Source: Oscillospiraceae bacterium (GTDB taxonomy: Bacteria > Bacillota > Clostridia > Oscillospirales > CAG-382). From it: 64,000 nt of DNA. Location: NCBI GenBank assembly GCA_015064945.1, contig SVRF01000005.1, positions 4,428-68,427 of the forward strand, written 5' to 3'. Positions 34,442 through 42,918 of this stretch are shown piece by piece. Every line of letters starts with the position of its first letter. Within the stretch, counting starts at the first letter, position 1. Below the pieces are notes generated by a model, which saw only the letters and a list, made by a program, of their open reading frames with translations, was not told the DNA's origin and did no database searches. The position numbers and the translations under genes were made by a program.

Positions 34442-35782
34442 TTACATATAATGATATTTCTTTTTGTATTTAAGCACAAAGAATACTGTTACGCAAATCG
34501 ATAACAGCTCTGAACCGAAGGCGGAAAGCCAAATACCGTCCAGCCCCAAAAGTTTTGGCAACAAAAGCACCAGCACTACCTGAAAGACAAAGCTGCGGAG
34601 GAAGGATATTGCCGCCGACACTGCTCCGTTGTTAAGCGCGGTAAATAAAGCCGAACCGAAAATATTAAGTCCGCTGAGCAAGAAGCTAAAGGCGTAGATA
34701 AAGAACCCCCTGCGGGTCATATCACAAAGCTTTTGGTCATAACCCACAAACATATCCGCCAAGATGCCCGACGCCAAAACGCTGACCGTAGCCATAAATA
34801 CGCCGCCGCATAGCATAACGGTTACGCTTTTTTTGAACATATTTTTAAGCTCTTCTCTATTCCCTGCACCGTAGTTGTAGCCTATTATGGGAGCGCTGCC
34901 CACTGAATAGCCGAAAAACATAGCAAGGAACAAAAACGCCACGTACATTATAACCCCGTATGCGGATACGCCGTCCTCACCTGCTAACTTCATAAGCTGA
35001 AGGTTGAACAAAGTGCCTATGATCGAAGCGGAGATATTGCTCATCAGCTCTGATGAGCCGTTTGTGCAAACCTTTAAAAGCACCTTGCCGTAAAAAGAAG
35101 GTTTGGTAAACCTAAGCAGGCTGGTGTTCCTTCTTGCAAAATACACAAGGGGGATTGTACCGCCTACGCATTGGCTTAGTGCGGTGGCAAAAGCCGCACC
35201 CTCAAGTCCGAAGGGGTGAACCAACACCGCATCAAGGATCATATTTGTAAGTCCCGCCGCAACGGTAACAAAAAGCCCAAGCTTTGGCTTTTCCGCTGTC
35301 ACAAAAAAGCTTTGGAACAGTATTTGCAACATAAAAAAGGGCAGTGCGCAAAGGTTTATAATGCCGTAAGTAACCGCATAGCTAAGCATATCCCCTTCTG
35401 CGCCCATGAAGATACCTACGGGGCGCAAAAGCACAACACCCACCGCGCCAAGGACAACGCCGCTTAAGGCAGTGACCAAGGTAAGCATAGTAAAATATTT
35501 GTTTGCCAGCTCACGCTTACCCTCACCCAGCGTCTTTGCCACAACAGCCGTGCCGCCCGTACCGAACATAAAACCTGCGGCACCTATCATCATAACAAAA
35601 GGCCAAATGAGATTAATAGCGGCAAAAGGCGTTTTGCCCACCACGTTGGAAACAAAAAGACCGTCCACCACACCGTATATGGAGGTGAAAACCATCATTG
35701 CCACGGAAGGAAGTACAAAACGTATAAGTCTTTTATATGTAAAATGGTCCGATAACTGAATTTTGCATCTGTTTTTTTCCAT
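34442..35782 (-). CDS. MATE-family efflux transporter
   Basis: ATG 35782 (MEKNRCKIQLSDHFTYKRLIRFVLPS). Twelve hydrophobic segments; typical MATE N-terminus and length. Confidence 0.85.
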   Translation of the reverse strand: MEKNRCKIQLSDHFTYKRLIRFVLPSVAMMVFTSIYGVVDGLFVSNVVGKTPFAAINLIWPFVMMIGAAGFMFGTGGTAVVAKTLGEGKRELANKYFTMLTLVTALSGVVLGAVGVVLLRPVGIFMGAEGDMLSYAVTYGIINLCALPFFMLQILFQSFFVTAEKPKLGLFVTVAAGLTNMILDAVLVHPFGLEGAAFATALSQCVGGTIPLVYFARRNTSLLRFTKPSFYGKVLLKVCTNGSSELMSNISASIIGTLFNLQLMKLAGEDGVSAYGVIMYVAFLFLAMFFGYSVGSAPIIGYNYGAGNREELKNMFKKSVTVMLCGGVFMATVSVLASGILADMFVGYDQKLCDMTRRGFFIYAFSFLLSGLNIFGSALFTALNNGAVSAAISFLRSFVFQVVLVLLLPKLLGLDGIWLSAFGSELLSICVTVFFVLKYKKKYHYM

Positions 35783-35913
35783 ATCCGTATCCCTTCTGAA
35801 TACATTATATCCTTTGTTGCGGTTTGTGTCAACACAAAGCTCTGTTTTTTCGACACTTTTCACAATTATTTGCATAGGTTTTTTATTTTTTTGTGCAAAG
35901 AAGCAAAAAACTA

Positions 35914-35942
35914 TTGCACAAGAGCAAAAGCTGTGATATAAT
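35914..35942 (+). promoter_or_regulatory. sigma-A promoter of the aquaporin gene
   Basis: TTGCAC, 17 nt, TATAAT, with extended -10 TGATATAAT. Confidence 0.65.
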
Positions 35943-35977
35943 ACGCCCGTAGGAAAATTTTGTTAGGAGGTCTTTTT

Positions 35978-36655
35978 ATGCAATCCTTTAAAAAATACGC
36001 GGCAGAGTTTATAGGCACCTTTGTGCTTGTATTCTTCGCCTGCGGCGTTGCCGCCGTTACAGGCTGTACCGGCGAGGCTGATGCCGCTTATGTTGCAACA
36101 GCCTTGGCGTTTGGTCTTGTTATCGTGGCAATGGCTTACTCTATAGGCAATGTTTCCGGCTGTCACATCAATCCTGCCGTTTCCATAGCTATGCTTGTAA
36201 GCGGTAAACTTGGTGTTGTTGATTTCATCGGCTACGTGGTTGCCCAGTTTGCAGGCGCAATAGCAGGTGCCGCCGCACTTATGGGCGTGCTTGGCGATGA
36301 CTATAAGGTTCTCGGCTTGGGCGCAAACGGGCTGTACAACAACGACGTAACAGCTTCCATTATCATCGAGGTTATTTTGACCTTCGTGTTTGTACTTGCC
36401 ATTCTCGGCGTTACCTCTAAGGTGGAAAACGGCGCAGTTGCGGGCTTGGTTATAGGTCTTTCCCTTACCCTTGTGCATCTGCTTGGCATCTACTTTACAG
36501 GCACCTCAGTTAACCCCGCCAGAAGTTTCGGCCCTGCACTTTTCATGGGCGGCGAAGCTTTCAGTAACGTGTGGGTATTTATCGCCGCACCTTTGGTAGG
36601 CGGTGTGCTTGCAGCGCTTGTTTATAAGTTCCTTAGATTAAAAGAAGAAAAATAA
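35978..36655 (+). CDS. MIP-family channel (aquaporin Z-like)
   Basis: Two NPA boxes (HINPAVS, SVNPARS). ATG 35978 after GGAGG. Confidence 0.9.
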   Translation: MQSFKKYAAEFIGTFVLVFFACGVAAVTGCTGEADAAYVATALAFGLVIVAMAYSIGNVSGCHINPAVSIAMLVSGKLGVVDFIGYVVAQFAGAIAGAAALMGVLGDDYKVLGLGANGLYNNDVTASIIIEVILTFVFVLAILGVTSKVENGAVAGLVIGLSLTLVHLLGIYFTGTSVNPARSFGPALFMGGEAFSNVWVFIAAPLVGGVLAALVYKFLRLKEEK

Positions 36656-36678
36656 TTAAAAAAACTGAAAATTAGCTA

Positions 36679-36707
36679 TTGACACGGGGCAAAGCTTGTG
36701 ATATAAT
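36679..36707 (+). promoter_or_regulatory. sigma-A promoter of tRNA-Ser
   Basis: TTGACA, 17 nt, TATAAT, with TG extension (TGATATAAT). Confidence 0.75.
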
Positions 36708-36745
36708 ATGCCTTGCGACCGAGGGCAATGCCCCGTGTGAGCTGT

Positions 36746-36837
36746 GGAAAGATGGCTGAGCTGGTCTAAGGCGCACGACTGGAAATCGTGTTGGCGTTAA
36801 TAGCGTCACCAGGGTTCGAATCCCTGTCTTTCCGCCA
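36746..36837 (+). tRNA. tRNA-Ser(GGA)
   Basis: GGAAAGATGGCTGAGCTGGTCTAAGGCGCACGACTGGAAATCGTG + long variable arm + CAGGGTTCGAATCCCTGTCTTTCCGCCA; anticodon loop CTGGAAA. Confidence 0.92.
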
Positions 36838-36840
36838 AAA

Positions 36841-36870
36841 GATGTGTAGTTTTACTGCACATCTTTTTTT
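36841..36870 (+). terminator. rho-independent terminator after tRNA-Ser
   Basis: Stem gatgtgtagt / actgcacatc (one mismatch) followed by TTTTTTT. Confidence 0.8.
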
Positions 36871-36893
36871 GTTTTTAAACTATCGGAAATTAC

Positions 36894-36931
36894 AAAAAGC
36901 CTCTCACAGCAACAGCCGTGAAAGGCTTTTT
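36894..36931. terminator. bidirectional terminator at the left edge of the low-GC islet
   Basis: Stem aaaaagcctctcac / gtgaaaggcttttt (one mismatch), 10-nt loop. Confidence 0.7.
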
Positions 36932-36944
36932 GTATAAATATCAA

Positions 36945-37322
36945 TTAACGGCCAATAGCGGTGGTAAACGCGGTCATTTTACCGCCAATGATATCCACCT
37001 GAGCTTTTCTTCCGTCTACAAGCTTAAGAATGCAACGGTTTGCGGGATGCTTTTTGTCACCCACAGAAACCATTGTGCCGCCTTTTTCAACAATTTCAAA
37101 GGATTCAACATCCCCTGCCTTAATGTAACAATCCGGCTGATTTGAACCGTAGATTACAACTCCGGCACCCTCAACGCTCACATAGGAAACATCGGTAAAG
37201 TCGCCGCCTTTAACGCCGCGGTTAACCGCACCGCACAAATCAGACGAATTTATGCGTTCCATTGTTGTTTTAAAGTACTTGTTGTCTTCCTTTAACTTCT
37301 TAAAAAAATCCTTAATTCCCAT
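36945..37322 (-). CDS. hypothetical soluble protein (125 aa)
   Basis: AAGGAGA SD. No recognisable motif. 17 nt downstream of the membrane-protein gene. Confidence 0.65.
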   Translation of the reverse strand: MGIKDFFKKLKEDNKYFKTTMERINSSDLCGAVNRGVKGGDFTDVSYVSVEGAGVVIYGSNQPDCYIKAGDVESFEIVEKGGTMVSVGDKKHPANRCILKLVDGRKAQVDIIGGKMTAFTTAIGR

Positions 37323-37339
37323 CTTTTTTCTCCTTACTT

Positions 37340-38377
37340 TTATTTTATGCCTGTATTGACAAGCATTTTATTTACTGTTTTAAACTTCTCTTTCGGAAAA
37401 TATTGTTCAGGGGTAGCGCCACTGTATTTTATGGAAGTAACATCGAAAAGTATAGTAATCTCATTCAAGTCACTTTTGCACAGTTTAACGCTGTTTTCAT
37501 CCGAAGCGTAAGCAATATATGTAACATTAAACTGCTCGCTGTCGTTCTTTCCAAAGCTTTCACTTCGAGGATCGAAGAACATTTCCGTTTCGCCAAGCAA
37601 ATTTCCGTTTTTATCAACAAAACGCATAACCCCCTCAACCATGCTGATTTTGCCGCTGCCTTTGTTGGTAAGCGAAGCCTTATATACCGCTTCCACATAG
37701 GTGCCGTCGTTTGTATATTCCAGCTTTTCGGTTATAACCAAGGAAACATTATTGTCGCTATAGGCAGAGGAGAGATATACGATTGTAGGCAATGCAAGCA
37801 CCCAACAGGCAAGCAGCACAGTTGCCACCTTTTTGGGAGTCTTAAAAAACTTTTCTTTTCCTTCTTCGGCTATTTTGTCATACAAGTGTTGACGGCAGTC
37901 TTCCCACAAAGCTTGTCTCTTATCGTCGTGAATCACGCGATTTCTTTCAACAAAGAATTTAAACACACCGGTAAAGCCCAAAGAAACGGCTTTTAACCCG
38001 AATAATATTACAGCACCGCCGCTTTTGACCTCTCGCTTTTTCACATACACGGGCTTTTGTCCCGTTAACGGATTTTTTGGGCCGTAAGAATAATCATATC
38101 TGTATATAGGCTCAGCCTTGTTCTCCCCGTTAAAATCTTTTCTTTTTTTAGAGGAGATATTAAGCCCGTAGTTCGTGGTGAACACCGAAATACATATATT
38201 GGCAAACAGCATAGCCAAAAAGCCCGGCATACCCGCAATCGCCATAATACTGCTGTTATATTTGCTGAACCAATACGCCCAACACCCCACGGACACGAAT
38301 ACAACCCAGAAAATTATTTGCATAACAACGGTATGTAAAAATACATATTTTACAGTTTGTCTCTTTTCTTCTTGCAT
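37340..38377 (-). CDS. hypothetical membrane protein (345 aa; four TM helices plus C-terminal beta-rich domain)
   Basis: ATG 38377 (MQEEKRQT) after GGAAGGA. Hydrophobic segments at the N-terminus and mid-protein. AT-rich coding sequence. Confidence 0.65.
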   Translation of the reverse strand: MQEEKRQTVKYVFLHTVVMQIIFWVVFVSVGCWAYWFSKYNSSIMAIAGMPGFLAMLFANICISVFTTNYGLNISSKKRKDFNGENKAEPIYRYDYSYGPKNPLTGQKPVYVKKREVKSGGAVILFGLKAVSLGFTGVFKFFVERNRVIHDDKRQALWEDCRQHLYDKIAEEGKEKFFKTPKKVATVLLACWVLALPTIVYLSSAYSDNNVSLVITEKLEYTNDGTYVEAVYKASLTNKGSGKISMVEGVMRFVDKNGNLLGETEMFFDPRSESFGKNDSEQFNVTYIAYASDENSVKLCKSDLNEITILFDVTSIKYSGATPEQYFPKEKFKTVNKMLVNTGIK

Positions 38378-38411
38378 AAAATATCCTTCCAAACTCTGAT
38401 TTTTTAAACTC

Positions 38412-38454
38412 TATGGGCTATCTATAGACCACATTGTATCATATATAGCCCATA
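38412..38454. promoter_or_regulatory. perfect 10-bp inverted repeat in the divergent promoter region (operator candidate)
   Basis: tatgggctat (38412-38421) and atagcccata (38445-38454), separated by 23 bp, between the membrane-protein gene and the HTH gene. Confidence 0.5.
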
Positions 38455-38509
38455 TTGTCAAGTATAAATATGTATAATCCACTCATAACATCATTTAAAG
38501 GAGTGCTTT

Positions 38510-38752
38510 ATGGATACTTATACTGCTGTTAAAATCAGGCTTTTGGAGTTGTGTGACAAAAACCGTATGTCTATACACAAATTAGCACTTGTGTCTGCCG
38601 TTTCCCCCTCTACCATAAAAAACATATTGTACGGCAAAAGCAAAAATCCCGGCGTGGTTACGATAAAAATGCTTTGTGACGGGCTTGGAATAACCCTACA
38701 GGACTTTTTTGATGCGCCTGTCTTTTATCAGTTAGAGCAGGAGATAAAATAG
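38510..38752 (+). CDS. XRE-family helix-turn-helix transcriptional regulator (80 aa)
   Basis: RLLELCDKNRMSIHKLALVSAVSPSTIKNILYGKSKNP is a typical HTH_3-like segment; AAAGGAG SD. Confidence 0.8.
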   Translation: MDTYTAVKIRLLELCDKNRMSIHKLALVSAVSPSTIKNILYGKSKNPGVVTIKMLCDGLGITLQDFFDAPVFYQLEQEIK

Positions 38753-38803
38753 AATCACCCCAAGAAATCGATAGATTTCTTGGGGACTCCGGCAACAAAA
38801 AAA
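38753..38803. repeat. terminator-associated hairpin repeat, copy 5 (perfect stem)
   Basis: aatcaccccaagaaatcgatagatttcttggggactccggcaacaaaaaa; 10-bp stem CCCCAAGAAA/TTTCTTGGGG. Confidence 0.8.
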
Positions 38804-38824
38804 TCCACCATTCGGTGGATTTTT
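38799..38824. terminator. bidirectional rho-independent terminator
   Basis: aaaaatccacc attc ggtggattttt. Confidence 0.85.
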
Positions 38825-38839
38825 CGTTGCCTTATGTAA

Positions 38840-40207
38840 CTATTCTTTTACTGTTTCCGCAATTTTTACGGCTATAGCGCACTCTATACGCTTTTTGAAC
38901 AAATCACAGCCGTAGCTGTAAGTGCCGCTTATATCGCCCGTTGCGTGGTAGGCGTTGGCGGCACAACCGCCGCTGCAATACAGCTTTGCCCAGCAGTTTT
39001 CACACTCGGGACGGGTATAGGCGTTACAGGAAGCAAAACGGTCGCGGAGTTCTGTATTGGTAACGCCCTTCCATATATCGCCCATGCTGTATTCGCTGTC
39101 GCCCACAAACTGATGACAGGGGAACAGCTCGCCCCAAGGGGTAACAGCAAGATACTCCGTACCGGAGCCACAGCCTGCGACACGCTTGTATATGCAGGGG
39201 CCGCCCGTAAGGTTTATCATATAGTGATAGAATGTAAAGCCTTTACCCTCTTTGTTGCGCTTTATCATCTCGTCCGCCAGCTGCTCATACTGAGCGTAGA
39301 GAAGGGGTTTATCCTCCTCGGTAAGCGCGCAGGGGTCAGAGGGAGGCACAACTACCGGCTCCATACTTAGCTTTGTGAAGCCAAGGTCTGCCATGTGAAG
39401 TATATCGTTCAAGAAATCCGCGTTGTGGTGGGTGAATGTGCCGCGCATGTAGTACTCTTTATCGCCCCTTGCCTCTACAAACTTTTTAAAGCGGGGAACT
39501 ATTGTATCGTAGCTGCCGTTACCCTTATAGTCTTTTCTGAAGCGATCGTTAACCTCTTTTCTGCCGTCAAGACTAAGCACCACATTGTGCATCTCCCTGT
39601 TGCAAAACTCGGTCACTTCATCGTCAAGCAGAACACCGTTTGTGGTAAGAGTAAAGCGGATATTTTTGTTATGTATTTTTTCCTGCTCTCTGCCGTAGGC
39701 AACAAGTGCCTTTACCACGTCCCAATTCAAAAGCGGCTCTCCGCCGAAAAAGTCTACGTCCAAATTGTGGTGGGTGCCGCTGTTTTCAATAAGAAAATCA
39801 AGCGCACGCTTACCGGTCTCAAGGCTCATAACCGCACGGTCGCCCTTATACTTGCCCTGTCCTGCAAAGCAATAGGAGCAGTTGAGGTTACAGGTATGAG
39901 CCACGTGCAGGCACAGCGCCTTTATTGTGTAGCTGTTGCGGCGGTAGTTTTTGGCTATGTCCGCAAAGGCATCCTTAGTGAACAGCTTACCTGCACTTTT
40001 AAGCGCCTCTATATCCTCAAGGCAGTCCTTAACGTCCTCTGCGCTGACATCGGGATATTTGGCGCATATCTCTTTTTCTATTTCCTCGGCGGTGGCGGTC
40101 TCGTACATAGCGATAACGTCATAGGTTGGCTCGTCCACCAAATGAACGGAGCCGCTGAAAACGTCCAGCACCACGTTGTAGCCGCACTGCTTAAATTGAT
40201 GTATCAT
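38840..40207 (-). CDS. scfB: radical SAM/SPASM thioether-forming SCIFF peptide maturase
   Basis: CxxxCxxC cluster (CNLNCSYC), C-terminal Cys-rich SPASM region (CGSG..C..CENCWAKLYCSGGC). Immediately downstream of a SCIFF precursor. Confidence 0.88.
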   Translation of the reverse strand: MIHQFKQCGYNVVLDVFSGSVHLVDEPTYDVIAMYETATAEEIEKEICAKYPDVSAEDVKDCLEDIEALKSAGKLFTKDAFADIAKNYRRNSYTIKALCLHVAHTCNLNCSYCFAGQGKYKGDRAVMSLETGKRALDFLIENSGTHHNLDVDFFGGEPLLNWDVVKALVAYGREQEKIHNKNIRFTLTTNGVLLDDEVTEFCNREMHNVVLSLDGRKEVNDRFRKDYKGNGSYDTIVPRFKKFVEARGDKEYYMRGTFTHHNADFLNDILHMADLGFTKLSMEPVVVPPSDPCALTEEDKPLLYAQYEQLADEMIKRNKEGKGFTFYHYMINLTGGPCIYKRVAGCGSGTEYLAVTPWGELFPCHQFVGDSEYSMGDIWKGVTNTELRDRFASCNAYTRPECENCWAKLYCSGGCAANAYHATGDISGTYSYGCDLFKKRIECAIAVKIAETVKE

Positions 40208-40223
40208 AATATTTTACCCCGAC

Positions 40224-40256
40224 AGAAAAATTAAGGAGGGCTTAGCACTCCTTAAT
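40224..40256 (-). terminator. intra-operon hairpin plus T-run between scfA and scfB (partial terminator/attenuator candidate)
   Basis: Stem attaaggag / ctccttaat followed on the minus strand by TTTTTCTGTCGG. Confidence 0.55.
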
Positions 40257-40281
40257 CTTAATATACTTTGTTATTAAAAGC

Positions 40282-40428
40282 TTATTTATCCTTCTTTTCG
40301 CAGTTCTGGTTAGCAACACCGCAAGAGGTCTTGCAAGCAGACTGACAAGAGGTCTGGCATTCGCCGCAGCCGCCGTTGTTAACGGACTTGTTAAGGTCGC
40401 GAGTTTCAAGTGTAACTATCTTTTTCAT
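40282..40428 (-). CDS. scfA: SCIFF (six-cysteines-in-forty-five) ranthipeptide precursor, 48 aa; missed by the ORF track
   Basis: Minus-strand ATG 40428 after TAAGGAG. Translation: MKKIVTLETRDLNKSVNNGGCGECQTSCQSACKTSCGVANQNCEKKDK, which contains the hallmark GGCGECQTSCQSACKTSC core. Confidence 0.9.
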   Translation of the reverse strand: MKKIVTLETRDLNKSVNNGGCGECQTSCQSACKTSCGVANQNCEKKDK

Positions 40429-40465
40429 TACTAATACTCCTTATATAAAATTATCTAACACATAG

Positions 40466-40494
40466 AGTATACTACAAATATCCCTTGCTGTCAA
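40466..40494 (-). promoter_or_regulatory. sigma-A promoter of scfAB
   Basis: On the minus strand: TTGACA (40494-40489), 17 nt, TATACT (40471-40466). Confidence 0.65.
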
Positions 40495-40522
40495 CAGTTT
40501 TGTTACCAATTACTCCGCTAAA

Positions 40523-41485
40523 TTATTTTTTGCGTATTCTTACAATAAAACGATACAGCCGCGGAGATACAGCAAAAACCTGAGCGCGGCGCTTAAAGGA
40601 TTTATCAAGCTGAGGTTTAATTGTTTTGTATATCCTTTTGAATTCTTTTATATACAACGCCATAAGGTCTTCTTTTCCTCTCATGGCAGGCTCGGTGTAA
40701 TACTCCATAGTTATATCACAAAACAGTTTGGAAACATGAAAGCTAAGCTTCTCCTCGGAAGCGAAAAGCTCCGTCCTTTGCAACAGCACTCCTAACAAAT
40801 TAAGTCTTTCCACGCTGAACGCCAAGTTTGTCACCGATGACGGGTTTTGGGTATATACATAAAACGGCTCGGAAATAACCGCCACTTTGGTATCAAACGT
40901 TATAAGGTGGTTTACAAGGTATTCGTCTTCGGCAAAACGCCCTTTAAGACGCAGCCCATCAAAACGCTCAGCTTTTATTATCTTGTTCCAAGGAGCAATA
41001 ACCACCCCGTTGTGGTAAGGTGAAGCGTACAAATGCTTTACCAAAAGTTCTTTACCGCTTACAACGGCGGACTCAAACGCCCTTTCCTCTTCATTAAGTG
41101 GGTATATAACGCCGTCCGAGTTCATCCAATTCCATAAGCAAACCGTTATATCAACATCTGTTTCTACCGCCTTTGTCATCATGGTACTGTAAGCTTCGGG
41201 CAAAAGATAGTCATCGCTGTCAACAAAGCTTATGTAATCACCCTTTGCCACATCAAGTCCAGCGTTCCGCGCAGAAGAAATACCGCCGTTTTCTTTATCT
41301 ATAACTTTTACGCGCTTGTCTTTGGATTGGTAATCTTTACAGATGTCGAGACTGCGGTCCTTAGAGCCGTCATTAACAAGTATTACTTCCAAGTTTTCGT
41401 AACTTTGAGAAAGTATGCTGTCAACACACCGTGCAAGAGTTTTTTCTGCATTGTATACGGCCACAATAACGGTTAATTTTTTCAT
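40523..41485 (-). CDS. family 2 glycosyltransferase
   Basis: N-terminus LTVIVAVYNAEKTLARCVDSILSQSYENLEVILVNDGSKD and the FVDSDD (DxD) motif. Confidence 0.85.
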   Translation of the reverse strand: MKKLTVIVAVYNAEKTLARCVDSILSQSYENLEVILVNDGSKDRSLDICKDYQSKDKRVKVIDKENGGISSARNAGLDVAKGDYISFVDSDDYLLPEAYSTMMTKAVETDVDITVCLWNWMNSDGVIYPLNEEERAFESAVVSGKELLVKHLYASPYHNGVVIAPWNKIIKAERFDGLRLKGRFAEDEYLVNHLITFDTKVAVISEPFYVYTQNPSSVTNLAFSVERLNLLGVLLQRTELFASEEKLSFHVSKLFCDITMEYYTEPAMRGKEDLMALYIKEFKRIYKTIKPQLDKSFKRRAQVFAVSPRLYRFIVRIRKK

Positions 41486-41501
41486 AAAGCACTCCTCGCT
41501 A

Positions 41502-42845
41502 TTATTTTTTTACAACTCCCACAAAAGGCAACGCGCCTTTATCGCTTATGCAACCGTTAAGATTTGCGTTGGCAAATGTCTCCGTTATGCGCTGTCCCGG
41601 TATCAGCATCGGAATACCCGGAGGATACGCCCACACATATTCGGCTGCGATTCTGCCCGCGCAATCCTTTTGCTTCAGCATTTCCGACTGAGCGTTAAGC
41701 GCCTCCTCAATAGTGGTTTCCATCGCTCCGTTGCAATACTGCGGCTGTTTATGGCTGCAATTATAATTAGGCAAAACATCATCCGCCTCTGCAAGGGCGG
41801 CGTAAAGTGCGTTGAAGCCCTCTTCACTGTCACCTGCGCCTGTCATAGCAAGTACAAAGCTTTTTGTGGCGCATTCCGTCTCTATCCCACGGTTACGCAA
41901 AAACTCTGCCAGCGCAAGTCCATCCTTGCCCGTTATCACAAGCTTTGAGGGATCTTCTACAGGGAATAGCTTTACGGAAGCAAGGCTTTTAGCTTTCTCT
42001 TTAAACCTTTTTATGTTACCGAACCAGTTTTCAAACAGCGATAAATCCTGCAACAGCTCCACACACAAATCCACCGACGCCATAAGAGGATAGGAGGGGC
42101 TGGAGCTTTGGAATATTCTTAAATAATGGGCAAGCCTTTGTCTGTCCACCCTGTCACCGCAAAGATGAAGCAAAGCGGCAGGAGTAAGGGCAGGCAAGGT
42201 TTTGTGCAGACTTTGTACCACCGCATCCGCTCCCGCTTTTACGGCGCCGCCCGTAAAATACGGAGATAAATCCAGATGCGCGCCGTGAGCCTCGTCAACA
42301 AGCAACGCAACACCTGCATCGCGGCATAAATCGGAGATAGCCTTAATATCGGAGATCACTCCCTCATAGGTAGGGCTTGTCATTACAAGAAACGACGCAT
42401 GAGGGTTGGCTTTTATCGCCGCTTCCACCGTTTTAGGGTTTAAAGAACCGTACACACCAAGGCTTTTCACATAATCCGGCATTACAAAAACGGGTCTGTA
42501 CCCAAACAACTCCAGCCCATGGTAAACACTGCGGTGGCAGTTGCGGGCAACCAAAACCGTATCTCCCCGTTTACCCAGCACACCCATAGCGGCAAGGTTA
42601 CCGCAGGTGCTGCCGTTGGCAAGCACATAGCTTTTATCCGCACCCCAACGCTTTTCCGCCGCTTCTGCAAGGCTGCGCAGTATGCCCTTTGGGTTGTGCA
42701 GGTCGTCTGCGCCCTCTATTTCGGTTATATCTGCCCATGCACCCAAAGCCCACAGCTTTTCAAAAGCGCTGTTCCGCTTGTGGCCGGGCATATGGAAGGG
42801 ATACGTGCCCATATTTTTTATAAAATCGTATACACCCTTTGCCAT
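41502..42845 (-). CDS. PLP-dependent Orn/Lys/Arg decarboxylase-family protein
   Basis: FHMPGHK near the N-terminus, SPTYEG, DEAHGAH, and the SLHKTLPALT PLP-lysine motif. Confidence 0.8.
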   Translation of the reverse strand: MAKGVYDFIKNMGTYPFHMPGHKRNSAFEKLWALGAWADITEIEGADDLHNPKGILRSLAEAAEKRWGADKSYVLANGSTCGNLAAMGVLGKRGDTVLVARNCHRSVYHGLELFGYRPVFVMPDYVKSLGVYGSLNPKTVEAAIKANPHASFLVMTSPTYEGVISDIKAISDLCRDAGVALLVDEAHGAHLDLSPYFTGGAVKAGADAVVQSLHKTLPALTPAALLHLCGDRVDRQRLAHYLRIFQSSSPSYPLMASVDLCVELLQDLSLFENWFGNIKRFKEKAKSLASVKLFPVEDPSKLVITGKDGLALAEFLRNRGIETECATKSFVLAMTGAGDSEEGFNALYAALAEADDVLPNYNCSHKQPQYCNGAMETTIEEALNAQSEMLKQKDCAGRIAAEYVWAYPPGIPMLIPGQRITETFANANLNGCISDKGALPFVGVVKK

Positions 42846-42918
42846 AAAATGATCCTTTTACTAAAATTGCTGTTGACCCTTTGTGGGGACAACAGCAATT
42901 TGTGTTTTTAAGCTAAAA

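Noticed and set aside
40523-42845. GT2 and PLP-decarboxylase genes as tailoring enzymes of the SCIFF peptide
   Set aside because: They lie upstream of the dedicated scfA promoter. SCIFF loci normally consist only of scfA and scfB. Adjacency alone is insufficient.
42864-42901. 12-bp hairpin (aaattgctgttg/caacagcaattt) after the ispH-S1 gene as its terminator
   Set aside because: The T-run lies on the plus strand, not on the minus (coding) strand. This is probably a processing or stability hairpin, so it was not called a terminator.
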